DNA of 64,000 nucleotides from contig NC_058373.1 of the NCBI RefSeq assembly GCF_018350175.1, positions 116,624,001 to 116,688,000 on the forward strand, written 5' to 3'. This stretch comes from Felis catus (Eukaryota). The translations under genes and the position numbers were made by a program. Positions 61,713 to 64,000 of this stretch are shown here, one piece after another. Every line of letters begins with the position of its first letter. Positions within the stretch are counted from its first letter, which is position 1. The notes beneath the pieces are model-generated. The model was not told where the DNA came from. It did not search any database and saw only the letters and a program-made list of their open reading frames with translations.

Positions 61713-62419
61713 TATAGGGAAGGAAATCTTTTCCCCTCTTCCATTCTATGTCCTCTGGCTTATGTAACAATTTACTTACAAGACAGATGAACAGGAAGAA
61801 AACCAAATTTAATCTCGTATGTACAGAAGCCCCAAAGATACGAGAAGCCCCTCAGCAGTCAGTTGAGGCTTGTAGCCCATTCTTAAAAAAAGTTTTATGT
61901 TTATTTATTTTTGAGACAGAGAGAGACAGAGCTTGAACAGGGGAGGGGCAGAGAGAGAGAGGGAGGCACAGAATCGAAGCAGGCTCCAGGCTCCGAGCTG
62001 TCAGCACAGAGCCCGACACGGGGCTCAAACCCATGAACTGTGAGGTCATGACCTGAGCTGAAGTCGGACGCTTAACTGACTGAGCTACCCAGGTGCCCCT
62101 ACTTGTAGCCCATTCTTATGAGTTAAGAAGGGGACGAGGGATCTGGTCCCTAAGGGAGGGAAGACCAGAAGAGCAGATCTTTGGTGAGCAAATGTTTGCC
62201 CGGTATGCAGATAAAACTTTTTGATATAAAAAGTTATCTTTGATATTCGTTGTCTTCCTGGTACAGGCCCTTTATCTCCATTCTTTTAGGAGGTTAAGGG
62301 AGATGTAAAAGTAAAACAGAACAAGATAAAACCCGTCTTCCTGAGTCTATGGGCCTTGATTGCCTTCAGCTCAACATAATCCACAGTCTTAGAGCCAAAG
62401 TGGATTCTGCTCCTCTTCA
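61713..62419 (-). mobile_element. MER34-like ERV1 LTR (3' LTR), interrupted by a SINE
   Basis: Reverse complement starts tgaagaggagcagaatccactttggc...ggattatgttgagctgaaggcaat; minus-strand ATTAAA at 61808-61813. Confidence 0.78.
61886..62099 (-). mobile_element. CanSINE inside the LTR
   Basis: Perfect TSD cttgtagcccattctta. Confidence 0.96.
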
Positions 62420-63611
62420 GTCTCACTTTGAAACTTCCCTGAGAGGTTTCGCGGTTCAGAAGTTGAGTTGGTAGACTGCTTCATCTCACTGGACCAGTCT
62501 GTTAGTCCTGATGGTAGGTCACTTCAGTTAAACTCATTTCAGGCAGGAAATCAGGTATTGGGTAAGAAGCATTTTGTGGAAACAAAAGAAAAGCCATGGT
62601 TAATGATGGGAGGGGACTGTCATCTCAGTTTCTGAGTTCTGAGAGTAGCCAGTTGAGATTTCTAGGTGTCAGGTTTGAAGCATCTTCAGATAGAGCAAGG
62701 GGAAGCCGGGGCAGTCTGACACAGGTTTTCCTGGTTTGCAGTTTGAATGTGGCTCGTGATCTGAGTGTCCCACACAGCAACCAGAAGGGAGATTTTCTGT
62801 ACACACAGGGTCGTGGTGATTTCTCTGCAGTGTGTCAAGTTGATCCACTTCAGCTTGTGTGGCTTCAGGAAGAGGGCAGTGTTGGTTCTCAGTGATTCCA
62901 AGTCAGAGGGGTAGGAGAAAAACTGGAAATACTAGTTTGGAGAGTTGTAGCCAAATATTGGAGGAAACTAGGAAGAATTCATGATCTAGTCCATTGTACA
63001 GGTAGAAAACAGAACCTGAAAAACAATGCACAGTGCTAGAAGTTGATACCCACAATGGTATATTACTGAAACATAATTTTTCTCTCTAAATTCACCCCCA
63101 TATTTATCAACGATAATCACAGTAAATCTAATTTGTTTGCTTTAAGGTTGGCCTGATTATTTACATGAGTGCAGCAAGAATAGGGATTGACTATAGACTT
63201 TTAATCGGCTTTGCTGGAACTTTGTATAAGGAATCTCAGATTAGAGTTGTAAAAGCCTCTCACGGCTAGGAAGCCATGCCAAGGACTTACTATTAAATTT
63301 AACCTGTAGTACCTTTAGATTTGGGTTAAATCCTTTATTCTTGAAGTCCCCAAAGTACCTTGACGTTTCTGTGCCTGCCAGGGAGTGACATTCTTTACTC
63401 CCCTGGTAAAGCTGCCAAGAACTCTGTAAGCAAGGACCAGGTAGTTTTTACTGGTAGGCTCTGTTGGCTTAATAAAGTTAATCTTCGTTCCTGAAGCTGT
63501 CTGGTCTGGTCATATCTGAGTCACGTGTCTCTTTGAAATATGACATTCTAGTCAAAGTCTTGATGATATAAACAATTTCCAAGTGTAACTTGTTATAAGG
63601 AGAACAGATTC
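62420..63611 (-). mobile_element. ERV1 internal sequence (MER34/MER4-group, decayed)
   Basis: Abuts the LTR; ggcctgattatttacat, gctttgctggaact, aaaagcctctcacggctaggaagcc and tgacattctagtcaaagtcttg resemble MER4-group internal sequence. Confidence 0.75.
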
Positions 63612-63820
63612 TTTTTTTTTTTTTTTTTTTTTTTTTTGAGTTTATTTATCTTAGCACAAGCAGGAGAGGAACAAAGAGACACACACACACACAATCCGAA
63701 GCAGACTCCAGGCTCTGAGCTGTCAGCACAGAATCCGACATGGGGTTCAAACCCAGGAACCATGAGATCATGACCCAAGCTGATGTTGGACATTCAACTG
63801 ACTGAGCCACCCAGGCACCC
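63612..63820 (-). mobile_element. CanSINE
   Basis: TSD aggagaacagat(t/g)ctttt. Confidence 0.94.
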
Positions 63821-63836
63821 TGAGGAGAACAGATGC

Positions 63837-64000
63837 TTTTTTTTTTTTTTTTTAATGTATATTTATTTTTGAGACAGAGAGAGACAGAGCATGAACAGGG
63901 GAGGGGCAGAGAGAGAGAGGGAGACACAGAATCCGAAGCAGGCTTCAGGCTCCGAGCTGTCAGCACAGAGCCCGACTCAGGGCTCGAACTCACGGACCGT
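63837..64000 (-). mobile_element. CanSINE, cut by window edge
   Basis: T tail, (AG)n tract and body; head lies beyond the window. Confidence 0.94.

Overview
Mammalian, almost certainly felid (cat-family), non-coding genomic DNA. It holds about 43 tRNA-derived carnivore SINE segments, 9 of them with the young felid SINEC_Fc signature. It also holds one young 5'-truncated L1 with an unbroken ORF2 C-terminus (46507-47892, minus), several older and nested L1s, a solo ERV LTR (49707-50406), a MER21-like LTR, two MLT1-like LTRs, and a MER34-like 3' LTR with MER4-group internal sequence running off the right edge. Tigger2-like and MER104-like DNA-transposon relics, MIR and L2 fossils and microsatellites complete the repeat content. 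The plus strand is T-rich and most L1/LTR/SINE copies lie on the minus strand, which fits a large intron of a plus-strand gene that I cannot name. I recognise no host protein-coding exon; nearly all ORFs in the supplied track are SINE, L1 or low-complexity artefacts. I see no convincing new biological system. The best leads are candidate microexons (15/18 nt at 16542-16559; 3 nt at 39727-39729), a 14-kb SINE-free block, a MEF2/E-box/TEAD motif cluster, an old L1 whose 5' UTR is joined directly to late ORF2 (possibly a spliced retrocopy), close inverted pairs of young SINEs, and several readable nested insertions. Repeat family names come from recalled consensus sequences, not a database search, and boundaries of old repeats are approximate.
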